Shown one piece after another: positions 1-10,019 of a stretch of 64,000 bases of DNA. Numbering within the stretch: position 1 is the stretch's first letter; each line of letters opens with the position of its first letter. The position numbers and the translations under genes were made by a program. The notes beneath the pieces are model-generated. The model saw only the letters and a program-made list of their open reading frames with translations, had not been told where the DNA came from and made no database searches. Origin of the DNA: Arcanobacterium sp. (GTDB taxonomy: Bacteria > Actinomycetota > Actinomycetes > Actinomycetales > Actinomycetaceae); assembly GCA_022783665.1 (NCBI GenBank), contig JALFZJ010000052.1, positions 1,539 to 65,538 of the forward strand, in the 5' to 3' direction.

Positions 1-70
1 GGCCGGCGAAGAAGCACACGCCGCGGGCGATCCCGCTGTAGAAGAGGTACACCGCCAGTTCACACAAGGC

Positions 71-346
71 ATGGCTGATGAGCTAGGTCTGAGCTATGAC
101 GATATTGAGAAGTACACTCCGATGTACGACACTGATCGTCCAAGAGTACTTGCTGGTCTTGCCAAAGAAACAGGCAAGACTGAGCAGGACATCCACGAGG
201 TATTTTCGAAGGTGGGCGGCAAATACGGCCCAGCCAAGGCTAAGGCCGTAGCAGATAGCCACGAGGGTTTCGTGGTGCGCGCAGCCAAGGAGCTTGGCTT
301 GGATCGCAGCATTATTGAAAAAGCCTTCGAATTCGGCGAAGACTAA
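71..346 (+). CDS. hypothetical small protein, possibly the C-terminal part of a CDS that starts left of the window
   Basis: 91-aa ORF. The same frame stays open from nt 2 to 70 (AGEEAHAAGDPAVEEVHRQFTQG then M), so the true start may lie outside the window. Internal repeat DELGLSYDDIEK / KELGLDRSIIEK. No family recognised. Confidence 0.35.
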   Translation: MADELGLSYDDIEKYTPMYDTDRPRVLAGLAKETGKTEQDIHEVFSKVGGKYGPAKAKAVADSHEGFVVRAAKELGLDRSIIEKAFEFGED

Positions 347-370
347 CCTCTAACATGATGAAAGGCTCGT

Positions 371-1396
371 ATGGCGGAGCGCGTTGCCAAGTACGATAAT
401 GCGAAATTCGTACTGATCACGCTCGTCGTCATCGGGCATTTCATCGAATCTTTCATCTTTGGTTTCGCGCCAGGCGAGCGTTTCGCAGCGGGCGCGTTCA
501 CGTTCATCTACTCATTCCACATGCCGCTGTTTATCCTCATTTCGGGCATGTTCTTGCGCGAGATGAACGCCCGCTCTTCCTTCCCGATCTATCGCGTTAT
601 GACGCTCGTGATTCTCGGTTTCGCAATGTAAATCGTGCGTTCAATCGCAAGTTGGATCGCGACGGGCACCACCACAATTCAGTTATTCGAAGATTCATCT
701 ACGCCATGGTTCATGTTCGCTTTGGCGGTGTGGTATGCCATTGCGTGGCTCTTTCGCACGCACAATCGCCTATCAGTGCTTGTTCTTGTGCTACTGGTTG
801 GCACCTTCGCCGGCTATGATGCGATGATTGGCGACTTTCTTTACCTCTCACGCATTATCGTTTTCTTTCCGTTTTTCTGGATAGGCTATATGCTCACGCC
901 ACAAAGGTTTGCCGAGGTGGCGTCTCGGCGTTGGGTGCGCGTGGGAGCTGCTCTGATAATGGTAGTGGCTGCCGGCGCGTGTGTCTTTTTTACTTTTGAC
1001 GTCCTCCCCTTGCGTTTCTTGTTCTCTGGCCGTTTGCCTTTCGATGAGACGGGGATCGTGGGCGCTGCTTGGTACCACCGGCTACTCGCATATACTATTC
1101 AGGTTCTCATGAGTTTTGCCGTGCTCGTGCTTATTCCACGGCGCAATATGGGTCTTATGACGACGCTCGGGGCGCGTTCACTGCAGATTTACTTCTGGCA
1201 TTTTGTGCCGATTATGATTCTTCGCGCTCTTGGCCTGTTTCCCTGGCTTGCCTCGATCTTACCCGGCGTCACATGGCAGATCATGCTCGTGCTGATTGCG
1301 GCAGCCGTATCGGTGGCGCTGGGATGGAAACCTCTCGGGGCTCCTCTTACTTGGATCACATTGCCCAGATCACGCACAGCACGTAACTTCCGCTAA
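371..1396 (+). pseudogene. acyltransferase family 3 (membrane O-acyltransferase) interrupted by a single in-frame TAA
   Basis: ORFs 371-631 and 635-1396 share one frame and are separated only by TAA (629-631) plus one ATC codon. The joined length is about 341 aa. N-terminal AT3-like signature NAKFVLITLVVIGHF, and multiple TM segments throughout. Confidence 0.65.
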
Positions 1397-1551
1397 GGCA
1401 TTCACACCATTACCTGGCGCTCATTCTAGTTGAGCTAGACCATAGGATCAGCCGCTAGAGGGATATCCCTTGGGCGCAAGGGCTGTTACACTAGTGTGAA
1501 TATATCGCAGGTGAAGATGGCGTATTAACGAAAGGCACGGAGGTGGCAACG

Positions 1552-2205
1552 ATGGCACCGATTGTTCAGATGTTTCCCGCAAAACGATATCTTGCTGAAT
1601 TCGCATTGGGCAGTGTCGGCACGTTCGCTTATTACGCCACTCCTGACTTCGTGAAAACACGCCCACTACGAGCGATCGTCAAAACCTTATGCACCGCGGA
1701 AGTGGGCGCCGTCACTGCATATTTTCACGCAGATGATCTCGCAGCCCTTAGAACGAACATACAAACGCTGGGCGAAGCACCAATCACAGATAATATCGAC
1801 GATGAATCCGCCGTGACCTTTGAAGACGCCGCAACACCAACCAACGGCGATGCCACGGATTCTCATGTTCTCGATGCCCTCAACACTCCCGCCCCACCGG
1901 ACGGCGCACCCGCTACTACAGACGGCAGTCCGGCCACAATCAAAGACGCAATCCACAACCTCGACTGGCGAACAAAGGGAATCATAGGCGCCACAGCTGT
2001 AGCCATTGTTGGCATCAATATCGCCCTCATGGTTGGGGGCGAAAAGTGGATCTATCGCCGCGCAGAGCGGGCACGTCTTGGTGGACGTCGCTACGCCCAT
2101 ACCAAACAAGCTGTAGTGATCGCTGGGCTCACAGGGCTCGCCGATATGGCAATGCACATGTACGACGCTGTGAGCGAGCAGAGTAATCGGGATGGCAGGC
2201 AATGA
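1552..2205 (+). CDS. hypothetical membrane-associated protein
   Basis: GGAGG at 1539-1543 sits 8 nt before ATG 1552; the GTG at 1543 has no spacer. TM segment IIGATAVAIVGINIALMVGG. Acidic Pro/Thr-rich linker. ATGA overlap with the next gene. Confidence 0.45.
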   Translation: MAPIVQMFPAKRYLAEFALGSVGTFAYYATPDFVKTRPLRAIVKTLCTAEVGAVTAYFHADDLAALRTNIQTLGEAPITDNIDDESAVTFEDAATPTNGDATDSHVLDALNTPAPPDGAPATTDGSPATIKDAIHNLDWRTKGIIGATAVAIVGINIALMVGGEKWIYRRAERARLGGRRYAHTKQAVVIAGLTGLADMAMHMYDAVSEQSNRDGRQ

Positions 2206-2957
2206 GTGCCGCAGTTTCTCACCCGTTTGTGATGCTGCTGTGCCGCCCAGCAGAGAACATCATCACCTCAGAGCTTACAACGATTGCGCGTCTTGGCGGG
2301 CTTGAGCTTGGTAGGGATCTCATCCCAGTGCGGATGCTACGCGCCTCGGACGAAGAAATAGCGGCACTCGATCTGAGCCAATATTCTGGAGTATTCATTT
2401 CAGGCTCAGAATATGGCTTCGGCGATGCCGCTGAGCAACGCACTGATGCACAAAATGCCATGGAAGCCCGCACGGTTGCCGTTTCACAGCGCATTATCGA
2501 TGCCGATATTCCCGCGTTTGGCATGTGCTATGGTATGCATGCGCTCGCCGTCGCTGGTGGCGGAACGATCACGCACGAGTATGCCGAAGATATCGATGCG
2601 CCGCAGATTTCCGTCACGAACGCCGGTAGGCAAGATGCCATCACCGCCGCGACTCCCTCTCCGTTCCAGGCTTTCGTTGGCCATCACGATGCTGTAGGCG
2701 TCATGCCTGATAATAGCGTCGTCCTAGCCTCCTCCGATGCGTGCCCCGTGCAGATGTTTCGTATCAAGAACAATATCTACGGCACCCAGTTTCATCCCGA
2801 GATCGACAACGAGGCGATGAAGATCCGTACAGCCTACTATTCGGGGGCATATTTTGATCCCTCTACAGCTCAGGCCATTGAAGACATGCGGCAATCCGCA
2901 GACGTGAAAGGAGCAAACGAGCTCATCGCATCATTTGTACAACGCTATGCTCGATGA
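2202..2957 (+). CDS. class I glutamine amidotransferase (GATase1 family)
   Basis: Nucleophile elbow FGMCYGMH and His/Glu context GTQFHPE. About 250 aa. Confidence 0.8.
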   Translation: MSAAVSHPFVMLLCRPAENIITSELTTIARLGGLELGRDLIPVRMLRASDEEIAALDLSQYSGVFISGSEYGFGDAAEQRTDAQNAMEARTVAVSQRIIDADIPAFGMCYGMHALAVAGGGTITHEYAEDIDAPQISVTNAGRQDAITAATPSPFQAFVGHHDAVGVMPDNSVVLASSDACPVQMFRIKNNIYGTQFHPEIDNEAMKIRTAYYSGAYFDPSTAQAIEDMRQSADVKGANELIASFVQRYAR

Positions 2958-3065
2958 TTGCCTGTTATTCGCCTCCAGCTACTCGTTTCCCATTCGCTGC
3001 CGCCCACAACTTACAGTACATAGCTTCGGTTCAACGAGAAGATCCGCATATCTAGAGGAGGAACA

Positions 3066-3917
3066 TTGGATCGCCTAGTTCCAATAGCAGCGGTAGTAGT
3101 TTTTGCTGCGCTATTCTACGTAGCGTTTCGTGCAGACCAGGGGCGCCTGCGGCTCGATAGGCTCGGCAGCGGCGTCACCCCGCGAGGTGCTCTACCGCTG
3201 CCAGTAATGACGCCTGAATTCGAGCAGCGCTACCGCGAGCGCCTTCCCCGAGCACACCGCGCGACTCTTATCGTACTCATCGTGATGGTTATTGCTCTGG
3301 CGGCGGCGATATGCTTCACCGACGTAATCAGCTTGGCGCCGCTTTTCTGTGCGTTCTTCCTTCTTCTGTTTGCCACTCGTGCGTGCACGAATCTGTACGA
3401 CAGACGGCGCCAGGAAGCCGAGCACCGAGGTTCCGCTGATTTTGGGGCAGCGCGCCCGGCTCGCCGTCTTACGGATTTCTTCCCTACCCCGCAGATCTAT
3501 TTCGCGATGACACTCAGTGTAGTAACTGCGCCGTTGACCATCTATTGCGCATTGGCACTTCACGATGGGGCGACGCCGTTCACATCCGTTGCGCTCATCG
3601 CTTCTGTTGCAACCATTCCACTGGGATGGATTATTGCTGCTGTGATCGCGCGCCAACCAGTTCCGGCAGAGTCGGAAGCAGATATTCGATGGGAAGAGAG
3701 CCTCATTAGGGAAGATGTACAGCTACTTCCTTTCATTGGTACGTTAGCGCCGGCAATTGCTCTGATGCTCATCACCCCGAATATTCGCCTCAGCACGATC
3801 GGCTGGATTCCTGCAATTGCGTTAATCGCGATAGGAATAGCGTTCGGTATCCTCAGCGTTGTTGCAGAACGCAACGCTGCGCGCAGGCTGTGGCCTGATC
3901 CTCTTGGCGAGCAGTGA
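3066..3917 (+). CDS. hypothetical integral membrane protein
   Basis: TTG start 5 nt after GGAGG. At least 6 hydrophobic helices. No family recognised. Confidence 0.45.
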   Translation: MDRLVPIAAVVVFAALFYVAFRADQGRLRLDRLGSGVTPRGALPLPVMTPEFEQRYRERLPRAHRATLIVLIVMVIALAAAICFTDVISLAPLFCAFFLLLFATRACTNLYDRRRQEAEHRGSADFGAARPARRLTDFFPTPQIYFAMTLSVVTAPLTIYCALALHDGATPFTSVALIASVATIPLGWIIAAVIARQPVPAESEADIRWEESLIREDVQLLPFIGTLAPAIALMLITPNIRLSTIGWIPAIALIAIGIAFGILSVVAERNAARRLWPDPLGEQ

Positions 3918-3940
3918 TGTCACGCACCACGCAGAAGTGC

Positions 3941-4903
3941 TCACTCACCGAGGTGTTCGACGCTAAAGCCAAAGCTCAGCGACGTCCCAGCGGAGATTGT
4001 ACGTGCGTCGTCTAAAACATTGCCTACCTCTACACAGAAGAAATCTTTCCACTCATCGCGGGCTAAGGTTTCAATCTTGGCAGTGTTAGCTTCACCTGGA
4101 TTCCACAACACAATGTTCGAGCCGTTGATTGGCGTGATACGAAGCCGATCCCATCCGCGATCAAATACCATGTGCGGAGCCGACGCCGCTCCCGAGTAAA
4201 TCACTGCATCTCGTGATGAGTAATCGAGATCCGAGGTGATCGTGTATTTCTTTCCTGCCAATAAGTCATCGATTGTGCATCCTTCAAGCCCCGAGAGCCG
4301 CACAGTTTGCGCGTCTTGCACGCGATAATAGGTATGCAAAGCGGCATCTACGATAACGTCTTGCGTTGGCGAGCTGATCGTCAGCATGACGTCCACGCGT
4401 GGCACGCCGCTGCGAAGGCCAAAGCCCACATCGTAGCGGTACTCCATGTCAGTTGGATAGCTCTCTGATCCGGGCATACTTTCAAGTTCAGCCCCAGCAA
4501 TATGCCAGCTCAGGCGCGTCCACTCAGAGGAATCTTCACTGCCGCCGTCCGCACTCGGATTACCGGCGTGGGAAACATCGCTCGCACCGGGCTCCTGGGC
4601 GGCGCCGTCAAAATGCCAATCCACCCAGCGCACAAGCCCATGCTTGCGAGGCACGTCTACGCCCGCGCGTCCACCAGAAAACCACGGCGCACAAATCGGT
4701 ATTCCAGCGTGTGCCTCCCCGCTGTACGTTTCTTTATTGGGGCTCTCACCAGCAGGCCTGCGATCTACTGCGAAACTTCTGCTTGTAAAGAGCACATCGT
4801 TCACCGGAGCTTCACCCGTGGCAGCTGGCACCCAAGAGGTAACACATGCCCCGCGATCATGCACCACAAGGCTTCCGCCGTTATTCCTAAAACTGCGTTC
4901 CAT
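3941..4903 (-). CDS. D-hexose-6-phosphate mutarotase / aldose 1-epimerase-like protein (YeaD family)
   Basis: GIPICAPWF motif and C-terminal IVLWNPG...FFCVEVGN block typical of the family. An acidic Ser/Gly-rich insertion lies mid-protein. Confidence 0.65.
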   Translation of the reverse strand: MERSFRNNGGSLVVHDRGACVTSWVPAATGEAPVNDVLFTSRSFAVDRRPAGESPNKETYSGEAHAGIPICAPWFSGGRAGVDVPRKHGLVRWVDWHFDGAAQEPGASDVSHAGNPSADGGSEDSSEWTRLSWHIAGAELESMPGSESYPTDMEYRYDVGFGLRSGVPRVDVMLTISSPTQDVIVDAALHTYYRVQDAQTVRLSGLEGCTIDDLLAGKKYTITSDLDYSSRDAVIYSGAASAPHMVFDRGWDRLRITPINGSNIVLWNPGEANTAKIETLARDEWKDFFCVEVGNVLDDARTISAGTSLSFGFSVEHLGE

Positions 4904-4988
4904 CTTCGCGCCTCACATTCGCACACCCTATGTGGGGAGAACACCCGCCCACGCTAGGCAATCGGGCGGGCTGGACTATTAACTCCAT

Positions 4989-5040
4989 CTTATTCCACAA
5001 ACCGTGTTGGCTTATTCCGCGACCCACAATGGCTTATTCC
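4989..5040. promoter_or_regulatory. three direct CTTATTCC repeats at exact 22-bp phasing in a divergent promoter region
   Basis: CTTATTCC at 4989-4996, 5011-5018 and 5033-5040. Extended forms are tCTTATTCCaca, gGCTTATTCCgcg and gGCTTATTCCaca. Lies between the mutarotase (-) and the M20 amidohydrolase (+). Confidence 0.35.
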
Positions 5041-5177
5041 ACAGGCGCTGCCTCGAACGCCATTAGAGATACCATCGCCACCCTCAAACACCGCGATCTT
5101 CAAAAGAGTAGTATCACAATAGATGCACAATTAACGCGACAGCGCAGTTGACGTCACAAGACAATTGAGGAGAATTG

Positions 5178-6458
5178 ATGGACGCACCTAACACAGCCGT
5201 ACACGAACTAGATCAGCGAGCCCACGATACTGCCCAGGATATGATCGCCTGGCGCCACTACCTCCACCAGCATCCAGAGCTATCAAATCGCGAAGAAAAC
5301 ACCGCTGCTTTTATCGCCGAAAAGCTGCGCTCGTTTGGCATAGACGACGTTCGTACAGGGATTGCCGGCCACGGAGTGATCGGAGTATTGCGCGGTGAGC
5401 AGTCCGGCGCGGGCACGGCGCTACTACGCGCCGATATTGATGCACTTCCTGTATCGGACGAATCCGGAGTTGATTTCGCCTCCACAGTTCGTGACACTAC
5501 GTATCCGGGCGGCCCGTTCCCCGTATCGCATGCCTGCGGGCACGACTGCCACACAGCAATGCTTCTTGGCGCAATGCGTATTCTTTCTGAGCAACGGGGT
5601 AATCTACCTGGTAATGTGATCGCCGTCTTTCAGCCTGCCGAGGAAGGTGCACCTGCGGGCGAAACCGGCGGAGCACGAGCGATGATTGAGTCTGGCGCAC
5701 TCGATGAGTTTTCTCCAACGATGGCTTTTGGTATGCACGTGCAGCCCTTCCCCAAAGGTGTAGTTACGGTGATGCCAGGCACTCAGTTTGGCGCATCATG
5801 CATGGTGAAGATCACCGTCACGGGCAAACAGGTACACGGTTCTACGCCGTGGGAAGGGATCGATCCGATGCCTGCCGTAGGCCAGATCCTTACGGGTATC
5901 GGGCAAATCTACCGGCAGACGAATGCCTTCTCTCCTTTTACGGTTTCGATCGGCCATATCGACGACGTTGGCCGCTTCAACGTGATCGGTAGGAGCGTCA
6001 CGTGTTGGGGCACGATTCGCTCTCTATCGGACGCCGTCATGGCTCAAGTTCAGGAACGCTTACGCTCCCTGGTGGCAGGAAACGCCGCCGCCTACGGTTG
6101 CCAGGCAGAGGTTGAGTTTCTGCAGCCTGTACCGGCCGTCCATAATACGAAGGAGTGGGTGGATGCCCTGACGCCGTCTTTCGCTGCAATTGTGGGTGAG
6201 AGTAATATCGTCACGCCGCCGCCGTCTTTGGGCTATGACGACGTTTCTGAGTTTGTGAACCGCTACGGCGGGCTCTACGTGGGGCTCGGCGTGCAAGATA
6301 CAGAGTTGGTTGACGGGGAGCTGATCTCGACTCCCGGTGGGCGCGGTTTCGTCTCCAATCATCATCCAGCGTTCTACGCGGATGACGAGACGCTTGTGAC
6401 GGGCGTTCGCCTTCACGCGAGGGTGGCCTACGATCATCTGACGTCGCTCGCTCAATGA
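5178..6458 (+). CDS. M20-family amidohydrolase (N-acyl-amino acid / hippurate hydrolase type)
   Basis: HACGHDCH metal-binding context. About 425 aa. GAGGAG at 5167-5172 favours ATG 5178 over TTG 5175. Confidence 0.8.
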   Translation: MDAPNTAVHELDQRAHDTAQDMIAWRHYLHQHPELSNREENTAAFIAEKLRSFGIDDVRTGIAGHGVIGVLRGEQSGAGTALLRADIDALPVSDESGVDFASTVRDTTYPGGPFPVSHACGHDCHTAMLLGAMRILSEQRGNLPGNVIAVFQPAEEGAPAGETGGARAMIESGALDEFSPTMAFGMHVQPFPKGVVTVMPGTQFGASCMVKITVTGKQVHGSTPWEGIDPMPAVGQILTGIGQIYRQTNAFSPFTVSIGHIDDVGRFNVIGRSVTCWGTIRSLSDAVMAQVQERLRSLVAGNAAAYGCQAEVEFLQPVPAVHNTKEWVDALTPSFAAIVGESNIVTPPPSLGYDDVSEFVNRYGGLYVGLGVQDTELVDGELISTPGGRGFVSNHHPAFYADDETLVTGVRLHARVAYDHLTSLAQ

Positions 6459-6634
6459 CTCACCGTATAGTGCTTGACTATAGGGCTTATTTCACGTTTG
6501 GCTCAGTGGTATGTTGGCGCGAATCGCCGTTACTATGGCAGTGGTAGAGCGCATCTAGTTTCCGCGCTTACCAGTGCACACTGCTCGCTCGCTATGCATG
6601 TGCGCTCTCGAGCTATAGATCAGGATATTCTTCT

Positions 6635-8338
6635 ATGCCCGATACACATCTGCAACCTGCGCAGCATTCAGGTTCTCACTCTCCTTCCTCTGTGAATAAC
6701 GCTCCATCTCGGCATCGTTTCCTTGGTGAAGATCGCTGGTGGCACATTGCTTTTGGCACGTTGATGGCCATCACGCTCGCGGCCTTCATTATATGGACGC
6801 GCTCATACGTGCCGGTCGGCACCTTTGGTTTCCTGCTGATTTTGGCTATGATTCTTGGCCTGTTCATGGCCTTCAATATTGGCGGTAACGACGTAGCTAA
6901 TTCATTTGGCACATCCGTGGGCGCTGGCACGCTCACAATCAAGCAAGCTTTGTTGATTGCGGCCGTGTTTGAAGTAGCCGGAGCAGTGATTGCTGGCGGC
7001 GAGGTTACAGAGACGGTGCGTTCTGGAATCGTGAACATCGAGGCGATAACCACGAACCCGATGGATTTCGTCTTTATTATGATGGCCGCACTTACGGGCG
7101 CTGCAATTTGGCTACTGATCGCCACAAAATCAGGCCTGCCCGTGTCTACGACGCATTCGATCATCGGCGCAATTGTGGGAGCCTCGCTCACTACTGGCGT
7201 CATGATTAGCCAGGATCCTTCACAACCCGGCTTTGAAGGACTCGGCTCCGCCTTGAGCACTGTGCAGTGGAGTGAAATCGGACAAATCGCCATCTCGTGG
7301 GTGATATCGCCACTGCTGGGCGGGATCGTAGCTTTTGCCCTGTTTAAGTTTATTAAGCAGTCGATTCTGCTCTACAACGAAAAGGCAGATGTGCGGCTCA
7401 CTGAACTTAAGCAAGAGTTTATCGAGCACACGGGCACCACGGCAGAGAACTTTGATCGCATCGGCTATATTCAGACCGTAGCATACGCCAATGCCCGCTT
7501 ACCCAAGGCAGAAGCGAAAGAGATGGCAGCTCAAGCACGAGCGGCCATCGCTCACGGAATGGAACCCACCTTAGAGCAGAAATACGATTACGCCCTCAAG
7601 AAGCTCGACAAGGGCGTTAATGACCTCGATGCTCACAGAGCCCTCATGGTGTACGTGCCCCTTCTTGCGGCTGCAGGTGCGGTGATTATCTCGTCGATGC
7701 TCTTGTTCAAAGGGCTCAAGAATCTCGATTTGGAGTTCACGGCTCTTCAAAGCAGCGCGCTGCTGATCATGATTGCCACCTTAACGTGGTTTGCAATGAC
7801 GATGTTCGCCAAGACGCTCACCAATAAGAGCCTCTCGCGCTCTACCTTTATCTTGTTTTCGTGGATGCAGGTTTTTACCGCTGCCGCTTTCGCTTTTTCT
7901 CACGGCTCGAATGATATTTCCAATGCGCTTGGTCCGTTCGCAGCTATTCTCGATGTATTTAAGACGGCGGCTGTGGGCGAGATGGCGGTGATCCCCACTC
8001 CTGCTCTGCTCGCCTTTGGCGTGGCACTCGTTGTTGGCCTATGGTTTATCGGGCGGAATGTGATTGAGACTGTGGGCACAAACCTTACGAAGATGCATCC
8101 TAGTTCTGGCTTTGCGGCTGAGTTGGCTGCAGCTACGGTTGTGCTTCTAGCTTCCCAGTTAGGCTTGCCCGTATCATCCACCCATATTCTCATTGGAGCA
8201 GTCCTTGGGGTTGGCCTCGTCAATCGAGCTGCAAACTGGAAGATGATGAAACCCATTGGGCTTGCATGGATAGTGACGCTGCCGGCTGCAGCAGGTATCG
8301 GGGCCGTAACCGTGCTCATGCTTCGCGCAGTGTTCTAA
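6635..8338 (+). CDS. pit: inorganic phosphate transporter, PiT (PHO4) family
   Basis: Two PHO4 repeats with GGNDVANSFGTSVG and HGSNDISNALGP signatures, separated by a hydrophilic loop. The start is uncertain. Confidence 0.85.
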   Translation: MPDTHLQPAQHSGSHSPSSVNNAPSRHRFLGEDRWWHIAFGTLMAITLAAFIIWTRSYVPVGTFGFLLILAMILGLFMAFNIGGNDVANSFGTSVGAGTLTIKQALLIAAVFEVAGAVIAGGEVTETVRSGIVNIEAITTNPMDFVFIMMAALTGAAIWLLIATKSGLPVSTTHSIIGAIVGASLTTGVMISQDPSQPGFEGLGSALSTVQWSEIGQIAISWVISPLLGGIVAFALFKFIKQSILLYNEKADVRLTELKQEFIEHTGTTAENFDRIGYIQTVAYANARLPKAEAKEMAAQARAAIAHGMEPTLEQKYDYALKKLDKGVNDLDAHRALMVYVPLLAAAGAVIISSMLLFKGLKNLDLEFTALQSSALLIMIATLTWFAMTMFAKTLTNKSLSRSTFILFSWMQVFTAAAFAFSHGSNDISNALGPFAAILDVFKTAAVGEMAVIPTPALLAFGVALVVGLWFIGRNVIETVGTNLTKMHPSSGFAAELAAATVVLLASQLGLPVSSTHILIGAVLGVGLVNRAANWKMMKPIGLAWIVTLPAAAGIGAVTVLMLRAVF

Positions 8339-8583
8339 GCGCACCTGGCTCTCGCCTCACGCGTTCGATTTAGCAAACGGCACCGATCTGAACAATGGCA
8401 CAAGGTGTCAACCGAGCGCGTGAGACTGAAGGGTCGGCACTGTTGGTGCATGTGAGTATCAGCTGCTGGCGCTGTATCCTACAAGCGGCTCATCTCTCTT
8501 CGCCTAGTTTTGTGAATAGTTTAGTCCCCTGCCTCATTGCCGACGCACGGCACGGACGCCACACCACACGGAGCACAACAGAA

Positions 8584-8623
8584 ATGGCGGTTCTTCAAGG
8601 TTTTAGCCTTAAAGAACCGCCAT
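8584..8623. terminator. 17-bp hairpin (one mismatch, 6-nt loop) between convergent pit and hydroxyacyl-CoA dehydrogenase genes
   Basis: ATGGCGGTTCTTCAAGG (8584-8600) pairs with CCTTAAAGAACCGCCAT (8607-8623). No clear T-tract on the + strand. Confidence 0.5.
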
Positions 8624-8662
8624 CTGAGTACCGCGCGAACTCAGGCGCGGATAACAGCAGAA

Positions 8663-9583
8663 TCAGGAGCGAGCTGAAGCTTCGGGCGATACCATATCTG
8701 GGTTTGGCCCAGTAATATTGCCCTCTTCGTCATAAATATAGAAGCCTTTGCCGCTCGCAAAACCAGTGACGCCCCTATCGATTTGGCGCTTCAGATGCCA
8801 AGCAAATGAACCTTCTTCTTCACCGAAGCGCGCCCTATTGATGTTGTAGGCCACGTTGAAGCCTACGACGTCATACATTTCAAAAGCGGACTTTACCGAC
8901 TTCGTAGCCACATGCCACGTTTTATCGATATCTTCAGGCGAGGCATAACCGTTGACCCACAGATTAGCGGCAGCATTAAGGAATGGAATCAGCAAAGAGT
9001 TGAGGAGGTACCCTGGTACTTCCTTCTGGATCGGAATCGGCACAAGGTTAATGGATTCAGCGAACTTGAGCACGGCATCAAATGTCTCATCTGACGTCTT
9101 TGGCGTGCGCATTACTTCGCCGGTGTTGTTGCGCCAAATGAGGTTTGCGAAGTGTAAGGTCGTGAAGCGTTCGGGTCTGCCTGTTGCCTCCATGAAGTCC
9201 GAGGGGCGTAATGACGAGGTGTTGGTAGCGAAAATAGCATGCTCGGGCGCAGCTTCGTTCACCTCTGCCCATACCTGTTTCTTCAGATCCAGCACTTCAG
9301 GAACAGCCTCGATCACAATATCAGCATTGGAGACTGCTTCCTTCAAGTTGCTCGACGAAGATATCCGTGTAATAGCCTCTTCGAACTTCTCGTCGCTGTA
9401 GTCCTCGACGTCGCGCAAATAGTGGCCACGGATCCATTCCCAGCGTTCTGGAAGCTTTTCAAGAATCTCATCGGAAATATCGTATGCAACTACATTTTTC
9501 CCAGCCCACGCGTTTTGCATAATGATTTGTGAGCCGAGCACGCCTGTGCCAAGTACCGTTACATTGTTGATTTCTGACGACAT
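8663..9583 (-). CDS. 3-hydroxyacyl-CoA dehydrogenase family protein (NAD-binding; hbd- or L-carnitine-dehydrogenase-like)
   Basis: Rossmann motif VTVLGTGVLGSQI directly after the start. AAAGGAG RBS precedes ATG 9583. The upstream extension to 9712 lacks support. Confidence 0.75.
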   Translation of the reverse strand: MSSEINNVTVLGTGVLGSQIIMQNAWAGKNVVAYDISDEILEKLPERWEWIRGHYLRDVEDYSDEKFEEAITRISSSSNLKEAVSNADIVIEAVPEVLDLKKQVWAEVNEAAPEHAIFATNTSSLRPSDFMEATGRPERFTTLHFANLIWRNNTGEVMRTPKTSDETFDAVLKFAESINLVPIPIQKEVPGYLLNSLLIPFLNAAANLWVNGYASPEDIDKTWHVATKSVKSAFEMYDVVGFNVAYNINRARFGEEEGSFAWHLKRQIDRGVTGFASGKGFYIYDEEGNITGPNPDMVSPEASARS

Positions 9584-10019
9584 TTTTACTCCTTTAATCG
9601 GGGCGTCTTCACTCAAGAAAGGCAAAGTTGCCAAGTGGCTGACGCTCCCTATCACGTTTTGCTTGTCGCCGGTGTGAACGTTCGCTCTTGGCATCATATT
9701 CCCGCTGCACATTCGTTCACGATACCGGCATTAAAATGCGCGTCGTAACGCGCTAGATTCACCCACCCGTTACCGCTAGCCGAGTAGCGTGCCCCTGGCG
9801 TCATTGCCAAGGGGAACGATACGCAGGCCTATGTGATCTGGGATTTGATGAGGTTAATTCGGGATTTAGTTTGCTTGATTCGGCTCACCGGGCAGCGGCC
9901 GCTGGGTGATTCAACCCGCAGCTAGCAACTTCGTATCCATCAGCTGTGTATCTATCAGCTCCCTATTTCTCACTCGTTCTATCTCTCAACTCGTGCCATC
10001 TTTTAACTCTTGGTATCTC

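Noticed and set aside
6676-7293. Large antisense ORFs inside well-supported genes (for example 6676-7293 in pit, 16267-17013 in fixC, 43518-44375 in the DEAD-box gene, 48781-49281 and 62517-63089)
   Set aside because: These are typical GC-rich shadow frames opposite genes with clear family motifs.
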